Part shown: positions 20,718-34,200 of the stretch, in pieces
Position numbering within the stretch: the first letter of the stretch is position 1
Layout of the letters: each line of letters starts with the position of its first letter
DNA from: Paramoeba atlantica
Taxonomy: Eukaryota > Protista > Discosea
Direction: 5' to 3'
Length of the DNA stretch: 64,000 nucleotides
NCBI GenBank assembly: GCA_977017575.1
Contig: CDRNVI010000090.1
Span: 105,425 to 169,424 of the forward strand
Notes under the pieces: model-generated
What the model was told of the DNA's origin: nothing
Database searches by the model: none
Seen by the model: only the letters and a program-made list of their open reading frames with translations
Made by a program: the position numbers and the translations under genes

Positions 20718-22706
20718 ATGAGTCTGGAAAAGGTACCCATAAAATCTCCCCGAGAAAAATATTGGGGATGGGGTGACCACGCTGCTCGTCTTGGGATGAA
20801 AGTTCGAATGAAGTGGCCCAATCAAATGTATTCATTTAGCGAAGCGTCTGTTGATATACACACAGAGGTTAGAGATAAAAGACTTTGCTTTTCTGCCTAT
20901 CCACAACGTGGCTTTGATGCTTTCGCCCAGGCAATACCTCGCATGGCTCCTTGTGGGGCTTTTTCATATCATCGAGGATGCGTAAATAGCATCAGGTGGA
21001 ACCGTGATGGAACTTTGCTTGTCTCTGGAAGCGATGACACCACTATAGGTTTATGGAAAATCATCCGAGCACCGATATGTGAAGAATATATTTCTATTAT
21101 TCACTCCGCACGGACCGGCCATACTGGAAATATCTTTGATGCCCGGATAAGACCTTACTGCTCCGACGAGGAGGTTATCACATGTGCGGCAGACGGTGAA
21201 ATAAGGCATGTTCAGCTTGAACGAGCAAGTAATTCTATCCTGTCGGATTCTGAAACGGCTTTGGCGCCGCGAACGGAGGTTGTAGTCAACCAACGTTCGG
21301 TTGACGCTCAAGGCTACGCACCTGCTATGGTGTATCACGTGGACTTTGTTCCGCATTGCTACACAACTGTTGCTGCAAGTTGTCAAAACGGTACTCTGAC
21401 GCAGTACGACATAAGGAATCCCTCTTGCGTCACGAAGATTTTTGACGCACGTCTTAGACTTTCGAATCCTTCGGGGGAGAGTGGAGTGACATGTTTTTCT
21501 TTTAATCCTTACAACAGTACCCAACTTTTGGTAGCTTGTGATCTTGGTGTACACTTGTTGGATACTCGAAAGCCTCGCAGGCTGGTCCGGAGTTACAAAC
21601 CAGAGCCTGTCGCATCTCTGAGAGGTTCTTTTGAGCACGCAAGCACTGGGTTAGCGTTTTCTCCTACAGGTAAAGAATTTGCTTACAGCGTTTCAGGGCA
21701 CGGCATCTTCGTCGTAAAGATTAACCCTGAATTGAATCGCTTTCCGGGAAAAAAAGACGCGTCTTATACTCGCGCCTATGACCTACCCTTTGCAGGTCAT
21801 TTAAATGTAAAAACATTTTTGAAAGGCGTCGAATATGTGGGTTCAGAAGGCAAGTACATTACAGCAGGGAGCGACTGCGGGAATGTCTTTATTTGGTCCA
21901 GGCAAACGGGGCGCGTCGCTTCCATTCTCCCCGGTGACACGCATGTTGTTAATATGGTCTCCCCTCACCCAAATGAGGCACTGATAGCATCTTGTGGCAT
22001 TGAAAGCACAGTTAAAATTTTCGCTCCGCAGAATTCATTTTGCACCAGAGAATCTATCGATTCACAGCTTTATGAAAATCTTGAAACATTAAAGAGTAAA
22101 TCAGATTTGAATGATTACAAGAATTATATGCGCAAATTGGTCCCTCAAATTAGATTGCGGTCAAAAGCTTATTCTACGGCAACTGCCGACGTATACCCAA
22201 CTTATCCAGATGATATCCCTACAGTTCAAGGTAAAAGTTTAAACGAGAAGCAAGTTCACTTTGCGATTGAGCAATGCAAAAGAAGAGGAAATGAGCTTTT
22301 TCAGACAGCTAATTATGCGCATGCATCAAGAAAGTACGAGAAAGGGTGGCGATACGTTGATTACGGTCTGCGGAACAATATGGAATCAGATAAATTGCGT
22401 GCCCTTTATGTGGCTTTGCTTCTTAATGAAGCATTGTCTCAGATGCGTCAATCTCACTACGATGCAGCGACAATATCGTTATCTAAATGCTTAGAATTCG
22501 AGCCCAAATCGATCAAAGGAAAGTATCGCAGAGCGCAGTGCTACTTGAAGCTAGGTGAACTACAAAAAGCACGGGAAGACATTGATGGAGCTTTACTTCA
22601 AGCCCCGGAAGACGTTGAAATACGTTCACTGAGAGAAAGCATTGTTTCGGCTTTGCACACTGAAACTGCTGAAGAAAGAAAGAAATATTCGAAATTATTT
22701 TCGTAA
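20718..22706 (+). CDS. WD40-repeat protein with C-terminal TPR domain (DCAF8/WDTC1-like)
   Basis: HRGCVNSIRWNRDGTLLVSGSDD, GHTGNIFDA, AGSDCGNVFIW, GDTHVVNMVSPHP WD motifs; TPR helices KRRGNELFQ...KGKYRRAQ. Confidence 0.88.
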   Translation: MSLEKVPIKSPREKYWGWGDHAARLGMKVRMKWPNQMYSFSEASVDIHTEVRDKRLCFSAYPQRGFDAFAQAIPRMAPCGAFSYHRGCVNSIRWNRDGTLLVSGSDDTTIGLWKIIRAPICEEYISIIHSARTGHTGNIFDARIRPYCSDEEVITCAADGEIRHVQLERASNSILSDSETALAPRTEVVVNQRSVDAQGYAPAMVYHVDFVPHCYTTVAASCQNGTLTQYDIRNPSCVTKIFDARLRLSNPSGESGVTCFSFNPYNSTQLLVACDLGVHLLDTRKPRRLVRSYKPEPVASLRGSFEHASTGLAFSPTGKEFAYSVSGHGIFVVKINPELNRFPGKKDASYTRAYDLPFAGHLNVKTFLKGVEYVGSEGKYITAGSDCGNVFIWSRQTGRVASILPGDTHVVNMVSPHPNEALIASCGIESTVKIFAPQNSFCTRESIDSQLYENLETLKSKSDLNDYKNYMRKLVPQIRLRSKAYSTATADVYPTYPDDIPTVQGKSLNEKQVHFAIEQCKRRGNELFQTANYAHASRKYEKGWRYVDYGLRNNMESDKLRALYVALLLNEALSQMRQSHYDAATISLSKCLEFEPKSIKGKYRRAQCYLKLGELQKAREDIDGALLQAPEDVEIRSLRESIVSALHTETAEERKKYSKLFS

Positions 22707-23371
22707 GTTACGGCTTAAGTTTCACTAGTTCACTTCATGCAGTCGAACCGTGTCGATATACAAAACTAAAGTTTTGAAATCGGTTGAATTGTAGACGCTA
22801 CCTCAGTCCATTCTTTCGTGTTAAATAAATGACGAAGAATTGGCCCTTCTTCGGTTGGCCGCTGTCAATGCAGTTCGCTCACGGAAACTCGTACATCTAC
22901 ATGTATTAGGAAGACCTAAAAATGACGCTCTTGTATTTATATCTCTTCTATACATTTGTTGTGTTTGTTTTTCTAGATATACATTAACTGCACCGCAAAG
23001 CTTGACTACGCGATTAGACCACGGTGCAGTTTAATGTACCCACTCGTTAGTTGTGTATATAATTCAAATGTAAATTGGACTATCATAAAAATAGCCTTAA
23101 AGTGGGAAAATGGTGGATCACTTGTCTCTCAGCTATAAATTCTGTTCGCTGATTTAGTCCACATCACATGAGGAGTAATATCATACATATAGTTAGGTTT
23201 TGTTGCTATATTTTGGTATTCCTCGTCCTCATGCTTTTATTAGACATGCTAGACAATATACGTACTACACCTTTGCCCTGATATAACCAGCTTAGGATAA
23301 ACACATAGCTACGCCACATGTTCAGAGTAAAACGTTAGAAAATTGCAAGAATTCGATAATAGCAGTTTGTC

Positions 23372-24478
23372 ATGAGCTCTTTTGTTGATGTGAATAAAGT
23401 TATTCACGAAAGATTGGCATCATTGGAAAAGGTGCTCAAACATCCAATTATTCGAAATTGTTCCTGCGAATCAACTCCTATATTTCTTCGACGAAGAACA
23501 TGTTCACCGTTCCCCCGACAACGTAAAATTATGAAAAAAGATGCTGGTAAGATAGACACATCGCCGAGAACACGGAACGACGAAAAGTGGACATACTCTA
23601 TTACCGAAAAGCAGTTCCTCCATATGTACGCGAAAAGCTTTATCATGTCCGATCAACCCTCTCAAGAGTTGGGTGTTTTTGGGTTCGAATGTTCTTTACC
23701 TGTGGAGAACAAGCAAAAATGCTGGCGTCGTATTTACCAATGTTATGATCATGGATATGTAATTCATGACGTCACGCCGTATTGTCGTTCCTGGAGTTCA
23801 AATTGTGAAAAAATCACCAACACGGCCTCAAGGCTGTGGCAGAAGATTATTTTTCCTTTTAGCACGAAGCAGTTCGAATCTGATGAAAATGTTCGCATTG
23901 TGGAGCTAATGGGCCCACGCCCGGAGGAATTTTTAGAAACGTTACACAAGTTGTCGACACAATTTTCCAGTGAAACGAATAGTCCCTTCCGTCCGCACAT
24001 AAGTCTACTTCGCGTAGACACAAAGTACACCATCTTGTCCTTTTCAACTGAAATGGGAATACGTGCACTACGAGAATACACATCACTTAGTCGCAATCGC
24101 TTCGCTGTTTGGATTGGATTACGAGAGCGCAGAGATCTTTCTTTGGTTTGTGCAGAGCCTTTTCATCCTTTAGATTGGAACTCAACGCACTTTGTCACCG
24201 CACTTCGTCGTGGTCTTCCTCATCGTGGTCAGCAGGTCATAATATCAGGAAAAAAGAAAAGTGCAATTACATGTGATTCCATGGATGTGACGCCATGCTA
24301 TTCCTCGTTTCGTCGCAAAGAAGAGGAGTCGTTCGAAACTCATGTTACGTTTGGGGGACATAGTCCACGACACAGATGTGGTGTAGGGTTTGTAGTTCTT
24401 TCACATGAGTATACCAGCCGAAACCTTTCAGTGGAGATATTGTGTAAGAAATATTCCGCGTCACCTTTGCATCTCTGA
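23372..24478 (+). CDS. Hypothetical protein
   Basis: 368-aa ATG-initiated ORF on the gene strand; no motif recognised. Confidence 0.7.
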   Translation: MSSFVDVNKVIHERLASLEKVLKHPIIRNCSCESTPIFLRRRTCSPFPRQRKIMKKDAGKIDTSPRTRNDEKWTYSITEKQFLHMYAKSFIMSDQPSQELGVFGFECSLPVENKQKCWRRIYQCYDHGYVIHDVTPYCRSWSSNCEKITNTASRLWQKIIFPFSTKQFESDENVRIVELMGPRPEEFLETLHKLSTQFSSETNSPFRPHISLLRVDTKYTILSFSTEMGIRALREYTSLSRNRFAVWIGLRERRDLSLVCAEPFHPLDWNSTHFVTALRRGLPHRGQQVIISGKKKSAITCDSMDVTPCYSSFRRKEEESFETHVTFGGHSPRHRCGVGFVVLSHEYTSRNLSVEILCKKYSASPLHL

Positions 24479-24806
24479 TGATGAGATGATGATTGCATCA
24501 TCTGAAACAGATTTCTTTCGCACCACTCCATGATTGCTCTTATATTCACTTAGTTCCTCTTAAATTTATTTATTTATACTCTTATTCATATTCTTTACTC
24601 CCCTTTTGTTGAGCGCTGAAGAATAGATTTGTTTTTATATCAAAATTTGCTAGTGACGCATCAATAGACATTTTCTTAGAATTTTCTATCTTATTACTAT
24701 CGTATAAACGGGCTAAAAGGTTAAATGTCACCTTTTATTCCCAACTGTTATCTCCAATAGAATGTTGCTACCAAGGTAGTATGTTATCGTGGTCGAGAAA
24801 ACTTTG

Positions 24807-27092
24807 ATGGGTGTCCGAAAAAAGAAAATTTTAGTTCCGAGTAAGGCTTCGAAGACCCAACAAGGAACAAACCAATTAGACAAAGAATCCTGTCTTTTTC
24901 GTACGGGAAGCCATTTATACAGCACAAAAGCTGCTTCATCTACGGGCCTATGTTCTCAGATGAAGTATCGTGAAGAGATTCAGAAGGGAGGCCCTTCCAT
25001 TCATTTATCAACTCATAAAACCGATGATCCATATCACTTGTCCACAATTATTTACACGTCAAACGAAACTTTAAAATTAATGGAAGTGGAATCGAACGCT
25101 GCCTTAGAATTGATCCCAACTAATTCAGACATAAGTCACATCGTACAGATACGTGCGAAAAAAGGTATTGATCTAGGCATTGCACATATTTCACCCATGA
25201 GTTCGCTGCCAAACGACGTGATATGTCAGTGCAAGCGAATAGTATATCTTCCGACACTTCACGAAATAGTTTTAACGGTCTCGGAGGAAAATAGACGTGT
25301 AGGAAAATGTGAAAAGAAACTAGTTTGCGACGTTTCAGAATCTCTAAAAACCGTAAAGGACGAACTTATGGATACTGTTATTGTGCCCGGTATGGTGTAC
25401 CATTGTCGGAAGGAAATAGACTTTATTATATCCACATTGGAGTCATTTGCTCTCGTGAGTCTGAACACGAAAATACGTTTTCGCTTGACGGAACGTCCCA
25501 CCCAGGAGCCATCTGTATTCATTTTTCAACCTATCTACAAGAAGGCAGTTTCGCATCTACTCGCTCACATAAACTTTTTAAGCAGAGGATCACAAGGCGG
25601 TGCTAATTTTCAAGGATCTGGAATGCGAATTTGTGGCGGATCTGGGACGGGCAAAACCACTCTTCTGTCTCTTTTGACAAGGGAAATGTCTTGTTCGTAT
25701 TTCTTCCTTAATTCTTGGCCTGATCCATCATTCATCACAGCCATCGCTCTCTTCGCTCCTATTCTTGTAATTTTGGACGACATGGACCTATTCTTTACAG
25801 ATGATGATCGACAGAACAGTGATTTTTGGTATAAGTTGCGACATGCGCTTGAGTATTGGAGGGGTCGTGGAGTGTTATTTCTTGCTACCACAACCGACAA
25901 CCAATGCGGTCAAGAAATGGTAAATCCACGATATTTTTCTCTAGACCTAGAGGTGTGCTCATTGGATGCCCAGTGTGATAGGTATGCATTTTTATCCCAT
26001 ATATTCGAAAATTTGGAGATCCATTTTCTCGAAGATAATGAAAATAGCCGTGATTCCGCTATTGAGAAAGAATTTTCAGAACTTATTTTGGATCGCAGTT
26101 CCTTGAATATACCGGAAAACAAATTGTCTCCCCTCGAGGACTTTGCCTCTGAGGTATCGCAACGCACGCAAGGATATACTCCTCGAGATTTGTTTCATGT
26201 TTTTCAATATGCAAAAAGCGAGTCACTAAGAAAAAGCTCACGCCTGGCCAAAGAGCATGTTATGTCGGCTCTGCGAGTTATCCGCCCACTCTCTCTCCGG
26301 TCCTTTCAAGTTCAAATACCAAAAACAACGTGGGATGACATTGGAGGACAAGATGAAACGAAAAAAAAATTACAGACCTGTGTTCGGTGGCTTACGACAC
26401 ATTCGACGCTACTCACTCGTTTTGGTGTAAGGCCCCCTCGAGGGGTTCTGCTACATGGCCCTCCTGGGTGCAGCAAAACAATGCTAGCCAAGGCGCTGGC
26501 TCATGAAGGAAGAATGCACTTCCTTTCCGTGAAGGGGCCCGAGCTGCTTAGCAAGTGGGTAGGTGACAGCGAAAAAGCGATTCGTACTGTTTTTGAAAAG
26601 GCCCGGCACGTTGCGCCGAGTATTATTTTCTTTGATGAGATAGACGGACTATGTGGCTCCCGAGGAGGCGGAGGAGTGCACGACCGAGTTGTTTGTCAAC
26701 TCTTGCATGAAATGGATGGTCTGAACAACACCAGTACTGACGCAGAAAGGATCCCAAAACAGATTCTAGTGGTCGCCGCAACGAACCGTCCTGAGGCCAT
26801 TGATCCAGCGCTGATTCGACCCGGGCGGTTTGACCATAAAATTTATGTAGGGCTTCCCGATCTCACGGAGAGGCTTCATATTCTGAATCTCTCTGTAAAA
26901 GATTTGCCCGTAAATTCCTCCGTGAATTTAAGCGAACTTGCTGAAAATATGGGTGGCTACAGTGGAGCTGAAACGGTCGCACTTGTGCGTGAGGCAGCTA
27001 CTGCAGCACTTGAAGAAGACTTATCCACTCAAGTTCTTGATATCAGGCATTTCCGGAAAGCTTTGGTTCGGATTGGTGAACAAAGAGCATGA
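24807..27092 (+). CDS. AFG2/SPATA5-type double AAA+ ATPase
   Basis: Degenerate D1 ([14 protein letters not shown]) and D2 with GPPGCSKT (AFG2-type), IIFFDEID and ALIRPGRFD; start codon uncertain. Confidence 0.88.
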   Translation: MGVRKKKILVPSKASKTQQGTNQLDKESCLFRTGSHLYSTKAASSTGLCSQMKYREEIQKGGPSIHLSTHKTDDPYHLSTIIYTSNETLKLMEVESNAALELIPTNSDISHIVQIRAKKGIDLGIAHISPMSSLPNDVICQCKRIVYLPTLHEIVLTVSEENRRVGKCEKKLVCDVSESLKTVKDELMDTVIVPGMVYHCRKEIDFIISTLESFALVSLNTKIRFRLTERPTQEPSVFIFQPIYKKAVSHLLAHINFLSRGSQGGANFQGSGMRICGGSGTGKTTLLSLLTREMSCSYFFLNSWPDPSFITAIALFAPILVILDDMDLFFTDDDRQNSDFWYKLRHALEYWRGRGVLFLATTTDNQCGQEMVNPRYFSLDLEVCSLDAQCDRYAFLSHIFENLEIHFLEDNENSRDSAIEKEFSELILDRSSLNIPENKLSPLEDFASEVSQRTQGYTPRDLFHVFQYAKSESLRKSSRLAKEHVMSALRVIRPLSLRSFQVQIPKTTWDDIGGQDETKKKLQTCVRWLTTHSTLLTRFGVRPPRGVLLHGPPGCSKTMLAKALAHEGRMHFLSVKGPELLSKWVGDSEKAIRTVFEKARHVAPSIIFFDEIDGLCGSRGGGGVHDRVVCQLLHEMDGLNNTSTDAERIPKQILVVAATNRPEAIDPALIRPGRFDHKIYVGLPDLTERLHILNLSVKDLPVNSSVNLSELAENMGGYSGAETVALVREAATAALEEDLSTQVLDIRHFRKALVRIGEQRA

Positions 27093-27426
27093 AGAGGGCT
27101 GGTAACGTCTCTCAGAGACAGGAACCAGTAATGATTACTGGTTAATTCCTATTACTAATAGGATTTACCGAGTGGTCTTGTCTTGGTATTACTGTTCGTC
27201 TACGTAAGTATGAAGTTCCGGATGTAGTATACCAGCATATTTTGGTCTAGATGACCCAAACTCAAAGAGTAGCTCTATCGATGGTACATTTATTCCGTCG
27301 TTGTTGTTGAAGCGCCTACTGCCCCCGTCACTACTAAGTCAATTAAATCATGAAGAATACGAAACTACCTATACTCAGCCCCTCACTTGTTGTAGATACT
27401 TCATAGTCGTTATTTCTACAAGATTT

Positions 27427-28125
27427 ATGTGCATCATCATTGGTCTTACTGGGGGAATGTGTACCGGAAAAAGCACAACATCTGCAATGTTTCGCAACAT
27501 GGGAGCAACAATCGTAGATTTAGATGGCATTGTACGGCAGTTACAAGCTCCTGGATCGCCCATTTTGAGCACTCTTTTTAAAAACTGGCCTGCTGTTCAG
27601 AGGGACTCTTCACCAGTATCGCTAGACCGAGATCGTCTGGCTGAAATAGTTTTTAACTCTGATGTTCAGCGCCGCCGTCTCGAGCGAATTATGCATCCAC
27701 TTGTGGCTTGGGAAATGGTCAAACAACTTACGCGAGCTTTGTTATTTGAGGGAGGTATAATTATTGTTGATCATCCGCTCTTGTTTGAGACCGGTTGGTT
27801 TCGTTTCCTGTCGACTATTGTCGTTGTATATGCTACAGAAGAGGATCAATTGGCTCGTATGCTAAAGAGATGCCAAAAACAGGTTACCGAAACAGAGGCA
27901 TTGCGTCGCATTCGATCGCAGTGGCCTATTGGCGAAAAGATTCAACGCGCCGATGTTGTGATCGACAATACCACTGATCTGAAAGACTTAGAGCTTACGG
28001 TGCGTACCTTGTGGGCTAACTGGAGTATAGAAAGTCAAAAACGAAGGTCCCTGTGGAGAAAGGTTATACCACTTGTAATACTACATGTTCTGGTTGTGGC
28101 CAAGGGTTTCTCATTTCTTGAATAG
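27427..28125 (+). CDS. Dephospho-CoA kinase (DCAKD/CoaE-like) with C-terminal hydrophobic anchor
   Basis: IIGLTGGMCTGKST P-loop, DRDRLAEIVF, IMHPLV, DHPLLFE, RIRSQWPI, ADVVIDN. Confidence 0.93.
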   Translation: MCIIIGLTGGMCTGKSTTSAMFRNMGATIVDLDGIVRQLQAPGSPILSTLFKNWPAVQRDSSPVSLDRDRLAEIVFNSDVQRRRLERIMHPLVAWEMVKQLTRALLFEGGIIIVDHPLLFETGWFRFLSTIVVVYATEEDQLARMLKRCQKQVTETEALRRIRSQWPIGEKIQRADVVIDNTTDLKDLELTVRTLWANWSIESQKRRSLWRKVIPLVILHVLVVAKGFSFLE

Positions 28126-28277
28126 CCTCACGAATAACTTTAACCCAAGCGTAAAATTGTTTTTAATCATGGTTATTCTCTAAATATATCTATAATATTT
28201 CTATAGATCTTTAAGATACACGTATATTTTCTTCTAAAGCGAGAATTATGATAAATGTTCATTCCACCCAATAACGC

Positions 28278-31200
28278 ATGCCTCGAAACACGGACTTGAT
28301 AAATTCATTAAACTCTATCTTGCACACTCTTACTTCCTCTCGAAAAGACGGACAAAGGAATGCACTTTCAGAGCTTCGCAGCACGATTGAAAAATATCAG
28401 GCACAAGTTGCGGACACCTTACTCAGTCCCGCGATCGACGAGATACCTCCACTACATTGTGCTGTTGGGCTCGATGTTTGTAGCAATTTAGTGATTGTGT
28501 TATTGGATCGCTATATCAAGCCATTTTTCGCGGGCTTGAGCTCGAAATCTCGTGCACTTCAAACGTTATCTAGAGATGTAACGACGCCCTTCCGACATGT
28601 ATTCGAATTAATGCATCGAAACATTTCCTTTGATGATGACATCCCTCCTTTGTCTTGGCGTAGATGTCGCGTACTGCCTTATTTGTTGCAAAATATCTTA
28701 GAAATGTTGTCCGCCGATGCGTTCGGCCATCTTATAGAGTTTGATTACAGCATGCTTGTGATGAGAGTTTTGTCCTTTCGGGTGTACGTCTCGAACCTGT
28801 CTGAACTGCTTTTACACAACGTTTTCGAGGTTTTAGTATCCATCGTTTTTCGCTCTCCTGTGAGATATCAACGTGCAGTGGACGTGACGCTCTCCCAGTT
28901 TTCTTGTTCCTTGTTCGAGAACTTCGAAAGTGCGATAGCTGTGATAGTCTGTCATACGCCGTTTTGGAACGGGCTTCAGAATCTTACCCCTGAGGTGGCA
29001 AAGCTATTGATGTTAGTACATGCCAATCACAGCGTTATGTGCCAACACGTTCGATTCGGGAGCTGTCTGCTACGTATTGCTGTAGTTTTGATGGACTATG
29101 CATGTCGTGAAGCTGGTCTATTGAATTTTTATCCCGTATTGTCGACACTTTGCGACAACTGGAAGCATTGCACAAAGGACGTATGGAAGAAGGCGATGCT
29201 GGAATACGTTCAATCGTTTTTAGAAGGCTTGAATCGTTTAGAATTTCCTGGTCTTCGATATTCGCATAAGAATTATTTACATGGCGTTAATCAAAGTTTG
29301 GGTCCTCGAATTCCTCATGAATTGCGGCATATTCAACTGTGTGGAACTCTTAAATTATTGCTAAACATTGTTTGCGAAGAATACGTTCAAATTTGTGACT
29401 CGTATAAATCAAGTACAGCAATTTGTCATAGGTCATCGAAGGAAGTATCCGGAGACCAGTTTCTTTCGCGTCTGATTTCGAACACAATACATTATGTTCA
29501 GTTGTGCTCCTCAAGAGAACAAACCGAGCTAGGTGAGAAACATGTGAGATCGGCAAAAATCCTGAAATTAAGTTCCACTCAAAAAACTTCAATGAGGTAT
29601 GAAGATGATTTTATTACAAATCAGCTTGTTTGTGTAAACGAAGGCAAAAAAGAAAAATTGCTTTGCTGGCTTACTTTTATACGCTTTTGGTTGCTTACAT
29701 GGCCTGAAGACCTGAATCACGTGCGCTACAGGACCTTACTTTCACTTTTCACTCAAGTTGGCCTTGATGAAAGCATCGACATTGCCCGAGAAGCAGTGAC
29801 GTCATTAATTGCATTAATTGGTATTCCCGTTTTCGTGCCGAATGTTATTTCTGCAGAGAATCTTGCTAACACAGACGAATTTCTCAATTCTAATTTCCCT
29901 TTACTTCTTAATAAACTGTTTTCCTTTTCAGAATTGGCGCCCAGCGGTCTTCACGTTTTAGAAATTTTGCTGCAAAAGCCGCACAGCCGCGCAGTACTGC
30001 CTACAGATCACGAATTTTGGTCTCCCGCGTGGAAGTTCATGAACTCAGTTGTGTCCGCAGAGGGCAATACTTCACCAAGCCTAATAAATTTTTTAATACG
30101 TCTGATTCCTTCAATACAAGACTTGCGAGTGATACAACAAAGTATTCGAATTGTAAAAAATACCCTTCTTGCCAACACGACTACTCAAACAATACCGAGC
30201 CTTGCACAGCTTGCCATTCTATGTTTGTCTCATCCCACTACTCGAGCGGTGTCTGAGTGGCTATTTCGCGACGTTTTGGACTTCCCTTTCCTCATAAAAG
30301 AATCGCAAAAAGATTTTCTTCTTGCCATGGATATATTCCATTTTTCTTTATGCTTCTTTGATCAATCATACGATCGCTCGAAGAAGAGTTTCATTTTCAC
30401 TTTTGAATGCGGCGCAAAAGACGAATTTCTATCTTTCGTGTCTTCACCAGTTTATTCTCTTTCTTCGGGCATTCTTTTTGAATCGAAAAAAAACTTACAG
30501 TCACTCCTATCTGTCCTACTGGCGCAACATGATGCGATATTGGAATTTTCTTTGCTACTTGACGACAGCGCCGCGCAGCATAAAACGAAGCCAAGTCAGA
30601 GCGTGAGATCTCATGCAATGAATGAGATGTCGCATATACAGACGTCTACGAATGCGATAATGCAGTATCTTCTCGACCTCTATCGAAGCACGTGCAGCTA
30701 TTGGTGTCCTACTGCTTATAACTCGGTGTCGAAAGATAAATACGAAGTGGGGAACAGGAGTGCCCTCTGTTTCGAACAGTCCATAACCATTTCGATGATT
30801 CTTTTTAGGATTCTATCAAAAGTGTTCTCTGAGAATGCACTTCAGACATCGACGCTACTCGAGTTCTGTTTTTCCAAACTTGACGAACTCGAATTAGCAT
30901 CGCCAACTGCACAGTTTTACAAAATGAAAAAGACGAATATTTATATACATTGGATCTATTGCACTTGTGACAGAAAAAGCGCCCATTGGACTCGGTTCAA
31001 ATCAGTGTTGTCTTCTGCATTCTCGGTCCATTCTTACAGCATTTTTTCCAGCTTCATCGAAAATTTACAGTGTATGCTTGAAAGTAACACAGAAAATGAG
31101 CTTTTAAAAGATGCACTGCGCCTGATTGAGGAAGAAGAACCGACTACTGCACTCTTCTTTTCGGCCCACAGTTCGTGTGAGGTTGCTCTTTCGATTGCGA

Positions 31201-34200
31201 AACAAGTTTCTGACGTGAAACTTCAGTTGAACTGCGGTAGGTACATACTTCGATACATATCTTTGCAAGAACTCACCTTTATGACGAAAGCAACGCAGCA
31301 TTTAATTTCATTTCTGTTTTTCTTTCATGGACGGGATAGTTTTACAACTGAGATTTTAAATACTTTAAGTTCACGTCTTCTAAGCTCCGAAACTAACAGC
31401 GCACGATCGGCCTTGCAGTTCGCTATTACTTTATTCGAAAGTAATATTCCTGTCGTTCAATGCCGTTGTATCTTGCTCTTTTTGAAATTGCTGATCAGTG
31501 ATCAGTTTCTGTTTTCTGTTTTTCTTGTCGAATTTCTTCGCTCAAAGAAAGATCTTGTGTTGGATGTCTTGAGTACCGGAGCCCTACTTATTGGATATGA
31601 TTGGATCGCCAACCATGAGCTTCGAATGTTTCCGCTTCTTTGGATTTCGGATAGTGCAAATTGGAATACAATGCCTCAAGACATCACTGATAATTTTTTC
31701 GCTGCCTCATTTCTGTGCCGTAGTCTAGGAAACAATCACGGAGAAAGCGCTTTTGCGTTTTTGCAAAAGTTAAAGGAACCGCAGCCGAGATCAAGTTGCC
31801 TTCAACATCAGTATGTCAGTAGCTTCCCGTTTATTTTTTCAACAATGCTCCTTATTCGTAGTTGTGGCGACCAAAGTCTTGCAACTGGAGCTCAAAAGGT
31901 TCAGAAGCATTTTCAAATTGCTTTCGGAGATGAATTTCAAAAGAACTTAGAAGAGTCGAAGGATTTGATTGTTGAACACATGTTCAGGTTAGAGTGCACG
32001 AATTTCACATTGGGAACTGCTCTTTCTGAAGAAATAGAACGAAATCGCGATGGAGCATTGATGATCGAGAAAGCCATGTTGCTTCTGCAAGATTATTCTA
32101 AGAGTGAATTTTGGACATCATTTCGATGGCTTTCCGCTTTCACTCACCTGTTCAGGTTGTTGAAAAGAAGAAAGAATGATGACTTCCAGGATGCGATGAT
32201 GTGCTCTCTGGTGGTGGTCCTATGCAAAGCACCGCGTAAGGCCGCGCAGTGCTGCACGCCTTTGATTGTTAGAAGCATTCTTAAACTTCTTCCTTTTATC
32301 GTGCACTTAACTCCAGGCGTAGACAAATTTATGAAAACGATGGGAGTCGTCAAGAGCACACTTTTTCACGCGTGCCACTCCCTGAATATTACCACGACGG
32401 AGATTATTGAAATGCACGACGACTGCTCAATTGCTTTTGGGTCTGTTAACTGTCAGTTTTCATTTGATAATCGCGCCCGTCAAACGCTTTCCCAATATTC
32501 TAGGTTAAATGTCAAGCAACTTTTTGAAGAAGTTGCGATTGAGTCGACTGATTGCGGTGTTTTTCCTCCGAATCCGCCGCGCAATTGTTTAAAAGATGCA
32601 TTGCAATTGTATTTCCGTGGAGGTTCCAAACTCATTCTAGGGAGAACAATTTCTAAGTGTTTGAAAGAAGCTGAAGCCTTCGCAAACTCCGGATACTCGG
32701 AATCATGCTTTACATCCCTATGCGGTATATTGAAAGACGAAAATTTGACAGCTTTTCATATCGAAGCTCTGCGCTGCTTATGTGTGATATGTAGAATGCA
32801 TCCGGAATTCTTCTGTTTTTTACCATTTGTGCCTGAGGCGTGCCCCTCAGACTGTCTTCCTAGATTGTCCTTGAATACCGAAATTCAAGACCACATTTTT
32901 CAAGTGGAAACAATGCATCGTGTATGCAGCAGTTTTATTTATTCTTCGTCAATCTCGACTATGGAAACTGCACATGCACTTTTATCGCAGTTTTGGAAGG
33001 ATTTTCCTCAGGTTATGGAGTCAATGCCGAGCGACTGTATGCCCGTCGTGCTGAATTGGAAAAACGGAGATCATGTTCCGAGCATCGAGAACAGGAAACA
33101 TGAGGAACCTAAAAGTGATGTTGGAACAATCGAATCTCATGTACGCGATGCGGAAAATACGTACTCTAAATGGATAAGATCTACCACACTAGAACTTATT
33201 GACACGATAAGTCCTGCAGCTGATCCTTTGCAGGGTTACGTCCGCGTATGTGCTGTATCTGATTCTGTCGCTGAACCTCTTTTTCTTGCCTGCCTTTATT
33301 ATTCCCTGAGAGACACGTGCAGTGCTCAGGCTCGCGGTTCGATAGGGGACGCGTTAACGAATGCTTTGCAAGACTCATGTAGTGTGCGAATAAGTCAAAC
33401 GATCATTAGAAATATCATTAAAATATATCTAGAAATATCTATTCAGGTGGTGCGTCAAGGAGGAATGCAGTCGTGCCTTCATTCGGCTAATATCTCTGAA
33501 ACTCAGCATTTACGGGTTCCGATGGGACTTTCTGACCTTATCGGAGTTAAAATTCCACTTCCAGTGCTCATTGATGCATCAATTAAGGCTTGTATGTATT
33601 TAGAAGCTCTTCTATTTATCGAATTAGGGGAAGAAATGCAGCAACCAGAGGAAAAGGGTGCGCTCTCTCGAGAAGCCTGTCAATCCTTACAAAAAGTATA
33701 TCCGAATTTGAGACATGGAAACTCGTATCTACAGGGAATCGGTGCAGGAAACACTGTTTCTGGTCGACTTTCCGTCTTGAAAAGTGAAAAAGACTACTTA
33801 GGGCAAATACAAGTCGTAGAAAATGTTGACAGAGACTCGGTTTCAGACCCTCATTCACTCTTTTCTATTTTGGAAGATGCAGGATTGCAAACAATTCCAG
33901 AAATAGTAATCAAAAATGCGTACTTTGATAGGAATGATGAGTCGACAAAAGTTTTGAGAGACCTTCAATCATACGCAGCCTGGCGTCAGGAGCAGTGGGC
34001 AGAGGATGACCCAAACGGACCAGGTTTGATTGAATATCCGGCCTCTTTTCATGAAAGTATTTTTGCGTCACTCAGAGGGCTTTCCAAAGGTTTTGGCTCC
34101 GAATTTCTACGTGCGGTACACTTCGGAGAGCAAGCCTTAAGTCTAGACAAAAGTATTTCACTTGATGAAAAACTTTCCTTATTCTTTGCTTTTGATACTC

